A DNA stretch of 64,000 nucleotides from Alphaproteobacteria bacterium (GCA_965261585.1 CBDHDN010000078.1:5640-69639); one strand, 5' to 3'; positions 20,485 through 30,100 are shown, counted from the first letter of the stretch. A program made the numbers and translations. Notes: generated by a model not told the origin, from the letters alone.

Positions 20485-20574
20485 CCCGAAAAGGATCGAA
20501 GGCTACAGGTGGCAGAGTTTCACTCCGCCCGCAGCCGGGCAAATCTCGCCGCTTCCGTGGTCTAATTTGTCACC

Positions 20575-20675
20575 GCCGCACACACCGAGACCGCCATCCA
20601 TGCGCCCACCGACTCCAGCCTGTTGTGGGATGCCGTGCGGGTCATGGTGCGGCTGTTGCGTCAAGCCGACGTCGC
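20575..20675 (+). pseudogene. short IS5/IS1182-like transposase fragment
   Basis: Translates to ETAIHAPTDSSLLWDAVRVMVRLLRQA, resembling the conserved I-x-x-PTDS-x-LL block of DDE_Tnp_1-type transposases. Only about 30 codons remain. Confidence 0.35.
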
Positions 20676-20805
20676 AACATCGCGACGCCGCGGCCTATAA
20701 TTATCAACCAGGTGAGCCAGAGCCTCCGTTATTCTAGGCCCCAGCCTGTCTCAAATCATCTGACGACGGACAATACGGGCATGATTCACATAGGCAGATA
20801 CGAGC

Positions 20806-23445
20806 ATGATTCAGCAACTCCTTTTTGACAAGATCGACCAACGGGTAGCACTAGACAAAGAGGACGGCGACTACGCCTATTTTCATGCGCTGTCCCTAAA
20901 GCTGGAGTTCCTCACGAAGATTGTTACTTCCGGTGTGGTCGCGTGTGTTGGTGAAGACGTCGATCGGTACCGATATTCTCTTGAGCACAAGCTTGTTCGA
21001 GCAGATTCGCTCGGCGAGTTGATAGAGGCACTCAATTCGGCGCTGATTGGCCCACCAGCTCAATTTCTTGACTCTGACGCGCATATCGTCTCAAGGGATC
21101 TGACAGTACGAGTCGATCCGGGTGATTGGCGACACTCAGCTGTAACCGACTTACATCAAGCGGCAGCGGCGGTCGGCGCGGAGGCGATGCTGGGTGAGAA
21201 AGTGGCTCTAAGGCAGTTTTTCGAAATCGCCGTGCAGCTGCGGAACAGAAGCCGTGGTCATGGAGCGCCCACGAGTGAACAATGCAGTAAGTCTTGTACG
21301 TACTTGTCTAGTGCCCTAACCATCTTGGAACAGAACCTCAAATTTTTTCGCCTTCCATGGGTTTACTTGCACCGAAATTTGTCAAGCAAGTACCGTGTGT
21401 CATCACTTCTGAACAACTCTTCATCATTCGACTACCTCAAGAGGAGCCGTGACGTACGGCTGCCAGATGGCGTTTTTTTCAGCCTGAACGACCAGGAAGA
21501 TACAGCACGTCCCGTGCATGTCCCTCTGATCTTCAGCGACGCTGACGTACTCGATGTTGCCCTTCCCAATGGTAACCATAAGGCAAGCACCTTCGAAACT
21601 ATCTCGTACGTGACGAACGAAGTCCAACGACGAGACGGATCGGCATGGTCAAGTCCACCTGCTCGCCTCCCCAAGAGCGAGACCGAAGGCGAGGCAGTGC
21701 TTGAGATTCAGGGCAATTTATTCACGAATGCACCCAAGAAACCCTTTGGCTACGTTCAACGGATTGATCTAGAAAACCGTCTACGCGAGGAGCTTCTCAA
21801 ATCAGATCAGCACCCAATAATTTCACTTACAGGTCCCGGAGGCATCGGTAAGACTACCATTGCAATCGCAGCAATACAGCGAATCTCTGACCGAGAGCCT
21901 GTACCCTATCAGGTAATCCTATGGATCAGCGCCCGAGACATTGATCTACTTGATTCGGGTCCCAAACCAGTATCACAAAAGGTGTTTACGCAGCGAGATA
22001 TTGCGCATGCCGCGATTGATTTGGTGGAACCATCTGAAAAGTCGTCAAACGATTTTGAGCCGGACATATATTTTCAAAAGTGTCTCGCACACGGCGCAGC
22101 AGGAACCACTTTGTTCGTTCTCGACAATTTCGAGACTGTGGAGAACCCAGCGGATGTTTTCAGCTGGATTGACTCTCACATCAGGCTTCCGAACAAGATC
22201 CTAATCACAACTCGATTTCGGGATTTTGTGGGCGACTACCCAATTGATATTCGCGGAATGTCCGATGACGAAGCAGACAAGCTAATCGATCAACATGCCT
22301 CTCGCCTCAATATAGAGAAATTGTTGAGCATCTCGTACCAAGAGGAACTAATTCGAGAATCTGATCGACATCGATACGTCATAAAGATTCTCCTCTGTCA
22401 GGTTTCTAAAGATGGAAACGCCGGAAAACCAAAACGATTTGTCGCAACTTCTGATCGTCTACTTGACGCTCTTTTCAAGAGGACCTTTTCTTCTCTAAGT
22501 CCCGCTGGTCAACGCGTTTTTCTTCTGCTTTGCAGTTGGAGAGTTGTCGTTCCAGAAGTGGCTGTCGAAGCTGTGTCGCTTCGGCCTAGCACCGAACGGT
22601 TTGACGTGGCAGCGGCCTTGGACGAATTGCGTCTATTTTCTCTTGTCGACCAGATCGTCTCCGAAGAGGAGCGGTCCACGTTTGTGGGTGTGCCATTGGT
22701 GGCGGCGATGTACGGTCGGCGGGAGTTGGAGGTGAGTCCGTTCAAGGTTGCAGTCGAAGAAGACCGAAAGCTCTTGATGGAGTTCGGCGCCGGAAAACGA
22801 AGTGACACTCAGCGGGGAGTTCTACCACGAATTGATAACCTCATTCGGGCTGTCGCGAAACGAGCGAGCAGCAGCCCGACGGACCTTGAAGAGGCCCTTC
22901 CAGTACTGGAATACCTGGCAACTAGGTTTCCGATGGCGTATCCCACACTCGCCAAGTTAGTGAGGGAAGTAGACGACTCCGATCAATCGATCGATCGGGC
23001 GAAGGGGTACATGGAGAACTTTTTGCAGACTGCGGCAATCCCGGCTCGACTGGATGCGTGGCAGGAACTCGCGTACCTCCGTCGATTGAGCAAGGACCCG
23101 ATGGGAGAGGTTCACGCGCTCTGCGAGGCGGCGCTGCTTTCCGCGTCGGATCGGGAGAAGCTCAGCTCGTTCGCGAATCAACTGAATAATCGCATTCGAG
23201 ACCTGAAAGAGCAAAGTGTCGGAGATGGTTGGCACGAAGGTGTGCGCGAGCTCCTAGCTAAAGTCATCGAAGTAATGCAGAAACAAATCAAGGGTCTGTC
23301 GGCTACCGATTGTTCTCGACTCGCCTGGCTTCTCCTCAACATTGGCAATTCGGAACGGGCGCTCGACGTGGCCAAAACCGGAATTCAACGAGAGTCGAGC
23401 AATGAATACTGCCAAAGGCTGATTTTAAAGCTGGAATCCCACTGA
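20806..23445 (+). CDS. NB-ARC-type STAND NTPase with an unknown ~330-aa N-terminal domain and a C-terminal helical-repeat region (candidate antiviral NLR/Avs-like protein)
   Basis: Walker A is LTGPGGIGKTTIA (about nt 21826-21864), Walker B is TLFVLDNFE, and NB-ARC-like KILITTRFRD and MSDDEADKL are present. The gene is visibly more AT-rich than its flanks and is bracketed by IS remnants. Confidence 0.75.
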   Translation: MIQQLLFDKIDQRVALDKEDGDYAYFHALSLKLEFLTKIVTSGVVACVGEDVDRYRYSLEHKLVRADSLGELIEALNSALIGPPAQFLDSDAHIVSRDLTVRVDPGDWRHSAVTDLHQAAAAVGAEAMLGEKVALRQFFEIAVQLRNRSRGHGAPTSEQCSKSCTYLSSALTILEQNLKFFRLPWVYLHRNLSSKYRVSSLLNNSSSFDYLKRSRDVRLPDGVFFSLNDQEDTARPVHVPLIFSDADVLDVALPNGNHKASTFETISYVTNEVQRRDGSAWSSPPARLPKSETEGEAVLEIQGNLFTNAPKKPFGYVQRIDLENRLREELLKSDQHPIISLTGPGGIGKTTIAIAAIQRISDREPVPYQVILWISARDIDLLDSGPKPVSQKVFTQRDIAHAAIDLVEPSEKSSNDFEPDIYFQKCLAHGAAGTTLFVLDNFETVENPADVFSWIDSHIRLPNKILITTRFRDFVGDYPIDIRGMSDDEADKLIDQHASRLNIEKLLSISYQEELIRESDRHRYVIKILLCQVSKDGNAGKPKRFVATSDRLLDALFKRTFSSLSPAGQRVFLLLCSWRVVVPEVAVEAVSLRPSTERFDVAAALDELRLFSLVDQIVSEEERSTFVGVPLVAAMYGRRELEVSPFKVAVEEDRKLLMEFGAGKRSDTQRGVLPRIDNLIRAVAKRASSSPTDLEEALPVLEYLATRFPMAYPTLAKLVREVDDSDQSIDRAKGYMENFLQTAAIPARLDAWQELAYLRRLSKDPMGEVHALCEAALLSASDREKLSSFANQLNNRIRDLKEQSVGDGWHEGVRELLAKVIEVMQKQIKGLSATDCSRLAWLLLNIGNSERALDVAKTGIQRESSNEYCQRLILKLESH

Positions 23446-23529
23446 CGCAAAGAATCACCAAACAACGGGTTACGGTGTATCCGGCGTACCAGACGGCGGG
23501 AACCTCACCATCAAAACCGGCCATTGACC

Positions 23530-23660
23530 TTCCCCCCGTTTTGTGCCCATTTATGAGTTCGCTCTGTTCGTGGTTTGGTCCATTCGGACCGGGTTGCGAA
23601 CTCGTATGGGGTGAGCCCCTCGAGGCTCGTTTGAGGACGGTTCAGATTATAGTCGATGTC
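23530..23660 (-). pseudogene. C-terminal fragment of an IS3-type (rve) transposase
   Basis: Translates to DIDYNLNRPQTSLEGLTPYEFATRS, the typical extreme C-terminus of IS3-family OrfB. Confidence 0.4.
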
Positions 23661-23920
23661 TGACGTCAGCGCCTTTGGGACAAATTGAGGTAATTGCATA
23701 ACGGGGGATTTCTGGCTCATCGTAGTGACCAAAGGGAACGAAGATGAGACAGAAATCAATGAGCAAGAACGACCCGGCGGAGAAAACGGTTCGGGATATT
23801 CGGCGCAAGACACGCAAGCAGTATACGGCTGAGGAGAAGATCCGGATCGTGGTGTCGGGCCTGCGCGGCGAGGAGAGCATCGCCGCCTTGTGCCGCCGCG
23901 AGGGCATCGCCGAGGGTCTG

Positions 23921-25839
23921 GTGCGCCAGGCGAACTGACAGAAGGTAGGGGGTGCAAGTCCCCCGGAACGAAGGAGTAACCGAACCACGTTTCTCCGCGA
24001 GCCGTGCGTTGGCTCCCGTGAGGGGGCAGGCGAAGCGTCGGTAGCGGCATGGATGGGCAGGGCTATTGAGCACCGTAAAAGCGATGGTCCGGGGTGCCGA
24101 GGCTTTCAGATCGGTCGAAGGCAATATTGCAGGCGTCGTTTTGGTGAGATGTCGGCGAGCCCCGCGGTGTCAGAGAACCCATGCACGTTCGCACGCCTTC
24201 TGTTGGGACCCTGGGAGGTCTTCAAACTGCCCCGGTTGTCGTAAAGGGGCCGCGTAGGGAATGGAGAAAACCGAAGCCTATGATGAACGGTTTGAAGAAG
24301 TCGGATGAGGCCGTACGACCTGTGAGGGCGGCGAACAAGGGAGCGCGAGCTTCTGCGGAGTCGCCGGAGGAAAGGGCCTCAACCAAGGGGAATCCGGATT
24401 GCCAAAGCACGCGCCGAACCCAGTGTCGGGTGAGCGTGCCACAGGCGGCGGCCCGGATACGGAAAGCTGCAGAGAGAAACCCGAAGGAACGTCTCACTGC
24501 GCTCTTCCACCACATTACGCCGGACGCGCTCGGTGCGGCCTACTTCGCATTGAAGAAGGACGCAGCAGCCGGTGTCGACGGCGTTACGTGGGACATGTAC
24601 GGCGAGGGTCTGGATGAGCGCCTGCTCGACCTGCACCGGCGCCTGCACAGAGGGGGAGCGTACCGGGCGCCACCGGTTCGGCGGGTAGAGGTACCCAAGC
24701 CGGACGGGGGGACACGACCGCTCGGGATCGCGGCGCTGGAGGACAAGGTCGTCCAGAAGGCGGTTGTGGATGTGATCCTGACACCGATCTACGAGGTGGT
24801 GTTTCTTGGCTTCAGCTACGGGTTCCGACCGGGGCGGGGGGCGCACGATGCGCTCGATGCCCTGGCCTTCGGGATAGAACGGCGCAAGGTCAGCTGGATA
24901 GTCGATGCAGACCTCCGGGCGTACTTCGACACGATCCCGCGGGATTGGTTGATCACGTTCCTAGAGCACCGCATCGGAGACAGGCGGGTCATCCGTCTGA
25001 TCCGGAAATGGCTGAACGCCGGCGTCATAGAGAGTGGGTCATGGGCAGATACGGGTATGGGCACGCCGCAGGGGGCAATAGTCTCCCCCGTCTTGGCGAA
25101 CGTGTTCCTGCATTACGTGCTCGACGTGTGGTTCCACAAGAAATGGCGCCCGAACGTCCCGGATGGCGAAGCGATCATCGTCCGTTACGCTGACGATATC
25201 GTTGTCGGGTTCCAACACAAGCGGGATGCGGAGCGGTACCTCCGCGACGTTCGGGAGAGGCTGGCCCGGTTCGGTCTCAGCCTCCACCAGGACAAGACCC
25301 GCCTCGTGGAGTTTGGCCGGTTCGCGGATTTGAACCGGCGCCAGCGCGGGGTGGGCAAGCCGGAGACTTTCGACTTTCTGGGCCTCACGCACTATTGCAC
25401 GACGACCCTGAGAGGACGCTTTCGGCTTGGTCGCAAACCGGTTGCCAAACGGGTCAACAGGACCCTGGCGCGCATCGACGAGGTGCTTCGCAAGCGCTGG
25501 CACCACGACATCTGGGAAGTTGGTAGGTGGCTGGGGCGAGTCTGCAATGGCTGGCTCAACTACTTTGCCGTCCCAGGGTCAGGCCGGTTCATCCGTGCGT
25601 TCCTCCGCAGGCTGCAACGCCGGTGGATGCGGGCGCTACGCCGCCGGTCCCAGCGAGCCCGATTTAGTTGGAAGCGATTGGAGCGCATGACCGAAATCCT
25701 GTGGCCACGCGCCTCCATCCGCCACCCATGGCCGGACCAGCGGTTCGCCGTCAAGCACCCGAGGTAGGAGCCGGATGGTTCAACGACCACGTCCGGATCT
25801 GCGCGGGGGGTGCGCAGCAATGCGCATTCCTACCGTAAC
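23921..25839 (+). mobile_element. group II intron, copy 2 (1919 bp)
   Basis: Same ends and length as copy 1. It is inserted between GGTCTG and TATTAC of IS3 orfA, in the same orientation as the host gene. Confidence 0.85.
24181..25767 (+). CDS. group II intron reverse transcriptase/maturase
   Basis: 528-codon ORF that differs from copy 1 by one residue (I to V in AAG[I/V]DGVTW). Confidence 0.9.
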   Translation: MHVRTPSVGTLGGLQTAPVVVKGPRREWRKPKPMMNGLKKSDEAVRPVRAANKGARASAESPEERASTKGNPDCQSTRRTQCRVSVPQAAARIRKAAERNPKERLTALFHHITPDALGAAYFALKKDAAAGVDGVTWDMYGEGLDERLLDLHRRLHRGGAYRAPPVRRVEVPKPDGGTRPLGIAALEDKVVQKAVVDVILTPIYEVVFLGFSYGFRPGRGAHDALDALAFGIERRKVSWIVDADLRAYFDTIPRDWLITFLEHRIGDRRVIRLIRKWLNAGVIESGSWADTGMGTPQGAIVSPVLANVFLHYVLDVWFHKKWRPNVPDGEAIIVRYADDIVVGFQHKRDAERYLRDVRERLARFGLSLHQDKTRLVEFGRFADLNRRQRGVGKPETFDFLGLTHYCTTTLRGRFRLGRKPVAKRVNRTLARIDEVLRKRWHHDIWEVGRWLGRVCNGWLNYFAVPGSGRFIRAFLRRLQRRWMRALRRRSQRARFSWKRLERMTEILWPRASIRHPWPDQRFAVKHPR

Positions 25840-26097
25840 TATTACAGCTGATCGAAAGAGTTTTTGGAAGCGGGCAAGAAGCGGCTCGCCGGCGACACCG
25901 GGCGCCAAGCGACCTCGGGCGAGGTTAAAGGCCTGCGCCAGGAGATGCGCGACTTGAAGGAGTTGGTCGCCGAACTTTCGCTGGAGAACCGTCTTTTCAA
26001 CAAAAGCATGATCGGGCATGGGGGAGACGCGGAATGAGGTATCCCGCATCCGAGAAGCTGGAGATCATCCGCCTGGTCGAGCAGTTGAGAACGGCGA

Positions 26098-26222
26098 TGA
26101 CAAATTAGTCCACGGAAGCGGCGGGATTTCCCAGCCGCGGGCGGAGTAAAACTCTGCCACCTGTAGCCTTCGATCTTTTTTGAGATGGAAGGCGGGAGGA
26201 TGTACACCGTGGACCTATATCT
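26098..26222 (+). mobile_element. 5'-terminal fragment of a second IS21-family element
   Basis: TGACAAATTAGTCCACGGAAGCGGCGG...ATGGAAGGCGGGAGGATGTACACCGTGGACCTATATCTG closely matches the istA-proximal end of the IS21 at 20450-20572. Similarity stops after about 13 istA codons. Confidence 0.7.
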
Positions 26223-26256
26223 GTATCGCACCCGGTTCCTTGGACACAAGTTTGTC

Positions 26257-26745
26257 TCATGCGGCGGGCCTGAGTGACATCGCGGTGTGCCACGCCTGAC
26301 GAGCTTGAGCGGGGCTCAGGTAGCCGTTCTTCTCCACGATCGACTGGGCATTGTACTGTTCGACGAACCCGCGGACGGCGTTCCGCAGCTCCGCGATGTT
26401 GCGGTAGATGCGACCATGGATGATCTGTTCCTTCAGCGTGCGATTGAACCGCTCGGCGACGCCGTTGGTCTGGGGCTCGGCGACGAAGGCGTAGGACGGC
26501 TGGATGCCCCAGAACTTGATCTGGTTGGTGAAGTGGTCCGACAGATACTGGGAGCCGTGATCCATCCGCAAGGCCAGCCCCCGAGCCGCGCCGGCCGCGG
26601 TCGAGCCATACAGCCCGGCAAGCCCCATGGAGATCGGCTGCAGGGCGGCGAAGCGGTCGCCGCGCTTGCAGACATGCCCGCCGACACACTCGGCGTTCCA
26701 ATGCTCGGGGAGGACGACCGAGGAGAAGCAGAATTTCCTTCGATA
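26257..26745 (-). pseudogene. 5'-truncated rve (DDE integrase-core) transposase fragment
   Basis: Contains RMDHGSQYLSDHF, AEPQTNGVAERFNRTLKEQ and the C-terminal KNGYLSPAQAR. The N-terminal half is absent and the IS family is not assigned. Confidence 0.6.
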
Positions 26746-26889
26746 TTACAATACGATATGGGTTTTGATCCAAACGGCATATGCTCATCGGCGGAAAGAC
26801 ACAGTCAAGTATCCCCAACCTTGACATTGATGGACAAACGGCGCCAATCATGCGCTAACCTAATACATTCATTGGCGTTTTCCCTCTAA

Positions 26890-27726
26890 GGTACGGCCTA
26901 TAACGGCCATTTCGGCTGCACCTGCTATCACCCGCTTTTCGTGTTCAATCAGTTCGGCGATCTGGAGCGGTGCGGCCTTCGTCCCGGCAACGTGCACAGC
27001 GCCCACGAGTGGCGCGATGTGTTGGAACCGGTGGTCGCTCGTTACCGCAACAGGACACTCCGGCGCTACTTCCGTGGCGACGCCGCCTTTGCCTCACCCG
27101 AAGTCTACGAGTTTCTCGAAGCCGAGGACTTCAGCTACGCCATCCGGCTCCCCGCAAACAAGGTGCTGCAAGGCAGCATCGCCCATCTGCTGAAACGCCC
27201 CGTCGGCAGGCCGCCCAATGATGTTCGCCGGTATCATGCCGGCTTCAGCTATCAGGCCGCGACCTGGGACAAACCCCGCCGCGTCGTCGCCAAGGTCGAG
27301 TGGCATCCTGGTGAGTTGTACCCGCGCGTCGGGTTAATTGTAACCAACCTGAGCCGACCCACCGAGCGGGTCGTCGCATTCTACAATCAGCGCGGCACGG
27401 CCGAGCAATGGATCAAGGAAGGCAAGAACGCGATCAAGTGGACACGCCTGTCGTGCCGCAAGTTCCGTCACAACGCCGTCCGGCTCCAACTCCACGCGCT
27501 CGCCTATAATCTCGGCAACTTCATGCGGACACTCGTGTTGCCCGTTGCAGTGGAGCAGTGGTCACTGACCACGCTGCGCGAAAAGCTCGTCAAGATCGGC
27601 GCGAAGATCGTCCGCCACGGTCGCTGCATCGTCTTCCAGATGGCCGAGGTCGCTATCCCTCGTGACCTGTTCGCCGACATCCTCCGCCGAATCGATCGGC
27701 TCAGAACGACGCCCCTCCCAACATGA
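26890..27726 (+). pseudogene. 5'-truncated IS1380-family transposase
   Basis: Contains YNGHFGCTCYHPLFVFNQFGDLERCGLRPGNVHSA..., EQWIKEGKNAIKWTRLSC and the C-terminal RIDRLR. A stop sits directly upstream and about 190 N-terminal codons are missing. Confidence 0.75.
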
Positions 27727-27801
27727 CGACAGGATCGTCCCTCATGCGTGAAGACGACAGGACCGGTGTGTCCGAGACACGGCCCGACCGGCAATATCGA
27801 A

Positions 27802-28607
27802 GGTGCTGTCAACTTAACGAAGGCAGGTCGCAGTTGAACGTCTGAACTGAGCGGCTCAAGCAGCAGCGGTCACGGTCCGCCACGTGTTCATCGCGTCACC
27901 GCGGAATTGGCGCATTGTCTTGCGAGTGATCAGATGACGTTGGACATTGAAGGTGTTGTAGATGGCGGCGTGGGTGGAGAGAAACCTTTGCGCCGATCCT
28001 GATGACTTGAAGCCCTGCATCCTGCGTTCTCGTTGTCGAACCGGCAGGTGCGAATTCTCCGCCCGATTGTTGCTCCGTCCGCCGGTAACGTGTTTCCCCG
28101 TCATGTTGAGATCACGCAATGCTGCCCCGTAAGATGGCAGTTTATCGGTCACCACCTTATTCGGCGCATACCCCTGCTTCTTGAGCAGTTTGCGCATCAG
28201 CTTGAGTGCTGCTTTCTTGTTCCTCCGGGACTGAACCAAGATATCCAGCACCTCACCCTCGCTGTCCACCGCCCGCCATAGATACATCCGTTTTCCGTTG
28301 ATGGAGGAAAACACCTCATCAAGATGCCACCGGTCGTCTGGTCGAGGGCGTGATTGTCTCAGTTTTCGGGCATAGACCTGCCCAAACTTTAAAGACCAGC
28401 GCCGTATCGTCTCGTAAGAAACATCGACACCACGTTCAGCGAGCAGATCCTCCACATCGCGGTAACTGAGCGGAAACCGGAAACACAGCCAGACGGCGCG
28501 CTGGATTATCTCTGCAGGAAACCGATGTCGGCGGTAGCTGATCTTGTTCATAACAGGAAGCTACTCGCCACCCGCAGCTGACACCAGCCAGTTACCGTGA
28601 CAGCACC
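27802..28607 (-). mobile_element. IS6-family insertion sequence (about 806 bp)
   Basis: Terminal inverted repeats are GGTGCTGTCAAC (27802-) and GTGACAGCACC (ending at 28607). The element has a single transposase gene and a size typical of IS6/IS26-like elements. Confidence 0.8.
27856..28551 (-). CDS. IS6-family transposase
   Basis: 231 aa. The signature runs YRRHRFPAEII...WHLDEVF..ING...YLWRAVD...TDKLPSY...NNRAENSH. Confidence 0.9.
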   Translation of the reverse strand: MNKISYRRHRFPAEIIQRAVWLCFRFPLSYRDVEDLLAERGVDVSYETIRRWSLKFGQVYARKLRQSRPRPDDRWHLDEVFSSINGKRMYLWRAVDSEGEVLDILVQSRRNKKAALKLMRKLLKKQGYAPNKVVTDKLPSYGAALRDLNMTGKHVTGGRSNNRAENSHLPVRQRERRMQGFKSSGSAQRFLSTHAAIYNTFNVQRHLITRKTMRQFRGDAMNTWRTVTAAA

Positions 28608-29001
28608 TCTGGGGGCGCTATTGCCGCACCAGGCCGAGCTCGTTGGTCGCGTGGCCGAAGGTCTCATAGGGGCTTGGCAGACAGAACTTGGAGACGTCCG
28701 GACCGGCACTGCGGCCGCCGCACCGCAACTCGTAGACCTTGCCGTCACTCTTCACCGCTTGGGTTCCTGAGACGCAGGAAATCGGTACGGTCTTGTTCGA
28801 GCGGTTGATTGAAATCGACGCGTGGGAGGCGCGCAAGACGATGGACGAGATCGACAACAGGTTCTTGGACGAAGCACCGCCGCGGCGGCGGAGGCTTGCG
28901 CGGCGAAGCCGTGCCCGAAACCGAGGTGTGCGTCGGCACGGGGACCCAAAGACATCTTAGTCTCGATCGCCACGATGCTCGCTCACGCCAGGCGGGTGGG
29001 G

Positions 29002-29763
29002 CTAGTACGTCGCCCGGCCGCCGGATACGTCGAAGACGGCGCCGGTCGAGAACGAGCAGTCCTCGGTGCACAGCCAGACCACAAGGCGGGCCACATCCTC
29101 GGCCTCGCCGAGCCGTCCCATGGGGATGCCGTCGTTGGTGTCCAGCACGTGCTGGAGGTGCGACTCGCTCAACTGGTCGAGGAACTGGGTGCGAACCGCC
29201 GACGGAGTCACGCAGTTGACCAGCACGCCGTCGCCCACGACCTCCTTGGCGAGCGACTTGGTGAAGCCCATGACGCCGGCCTTGGCGGCGGCGTAGGCGG
29301 GGCAGCCGGCCGGGCCTTCCTTACCGGCGATCGAGGAGAGGTTGACGATGCGACCGTAGCCGCGCTCCATCATCCCCGGCACCACCGTCTTGGAGCACAG
29401 GAAGGCGCTGGTAAGGTTGGCGGCGACGACGTAGTTCCAGTCCTCGAGCGCGTACTCCCAGGTCCGGACCGTGGGGCCCGAGAGACCGGCGTTGTTGACC
29501 AGAATGTCGATACCGCCGAAACGCTCGACGGTGGTGGCGCACGCCGTCTCGATCGCGTCGGGGTCGGTGACGTCCGCGGTGGCGGTGTCCAACGGACCGC
29601 CGTCGCCAAGCTGGGCGGCGGCGGTCTCGAGCGCCGCGGCGTTGATGTCCCACAGCATGACGCTCGCGCCCGCGGCCAATTGGCGCTCGGCGATGGCCCG
29701 GCCTATGTCTCCGGCGCCGCCAGTGACCACGGCGATGCGTCCTTTGAGGTCGTAAGCGTTCAT
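29002..29763 (-). CDS. SDR-family oxidoreductase (FabG-like)
   Basis: TGGAGDIG cofactor motif, NNAG, and the S...YxxxK catalytic motif (AYAAAKAG). The start is set at MNAYDLKG (29763), which has an upstream GAGGAGG. Confidence 0.85.
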   Translation of the reverse strand: MNAYDLKGRIAVVTGGAGDIGRAIAERQLAAGASVMLWDINAAALETAAAQLGDGGPLDTATADVTDPDAIETACATTVERFGGIDILVNNAGLSGPTVRTWEYALEDWNYVVAANLTSAFLCSKTVVPGMMERGYGRIVNLSSIAGKEGPAGCPAYAAAKAGVMGFTKSLAKEVVGDGVLVNCVTPSAVRTQFLDQLSESHLQHVLDTNDGIPMGRLGEAEDVARLVVWLCTEDCSFSTGAVFDVSGGRATY

Positions 29764-29902
29764 CGGCGGCGCCTCCTCAAGCAGGGCCTTGAGCCCACGC
29801 CCGAAGCTTATATCAACGCTCGGCCAAGTCAACAAATCGCCGGCCGGCCGAATTTTGCAAGGCCTGTTCGAGGATGCTGCAATCATTGATGTTTTCGAAG
29901 GG

Positions 29903-30100
29903 TCAGGCCGTGCCGAGCGGGGCCCATTTCAGGAATGAGGGGATCTCCGAGGAACCACCGGAATTCAATGACCTGGCCCCCGCAGGCAACGGACGGCGAA
30001 AACGGGCACGCAGATAGACCTGCGCGCCGATCTCCATCTCCTGAAGGAGTCGTTCTGCTTCCCAGTGTACCTTGATGAACCGATCGGATCGCCGTGCCAT
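29903..30100 (-). pseudogene. possible remnant of a CapP/ImmA-like partner gene of the XRE regulator
   Basis: 65-codon ORF whose ATG directly abuts the XRE gene's stop (TAGATG). The N-terminus (..EAERLLQEMEIGA..) is reminiscent of COG2856/ImmA-type starts. No HExxH metallopeptidase core remains. Confidence 0.25.

Larger units (their letters stand above)
18021..20572 (-). mobile_element. IS21-family insertion sequence (istA-istB)
   Basis: The ends are TGTCAACGGCGGAGTAAAAC (18021-) and TGACAAATTAGACCACGG (reverse complement, ending at 20572), with repeated GGCGGAGT(A/G)AAAC subterminal motifs. The boundaries are approximate. Confidence 0.75.
23744..26037 (+). pseudogene. IS3-family orfA carrying a sense-strand group II intron and an in-frame TGA
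   Basis: Exon 1 (23744-23920) ends ..CRREGIAEGL. Exon 2 (25840-26037) reads YYS*SKEFLEAGKKRLAGDT.., with TGA at 25849-25851 where the family has Trp. The orfB start (MRYPASEKLEIIRLVEQ, 26034-) is cut off at about 26097. Confidence 0.75.

Noticed and set aside
25849-25851. In-frame TGA in IS3 orfA as evidence of recoding (Trp or Sec).
   Set aside because: All other genes in the window use TGA as a normal stop, and no SECIS-like context is evident. A simple nonsense mutation in an already degraded IS is the most economical explanation.
28608-29001. Short ORFs on both strands between IS6 and the SDR gene, for example 28618-28857 (minus) and 28739-28960 (plus).
   Set aside because: They carry no recognisable motifs, overlap one another and have no clear starts. 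They are probably gene debris left by IS6-mediated deletion and cannot be supported as features.
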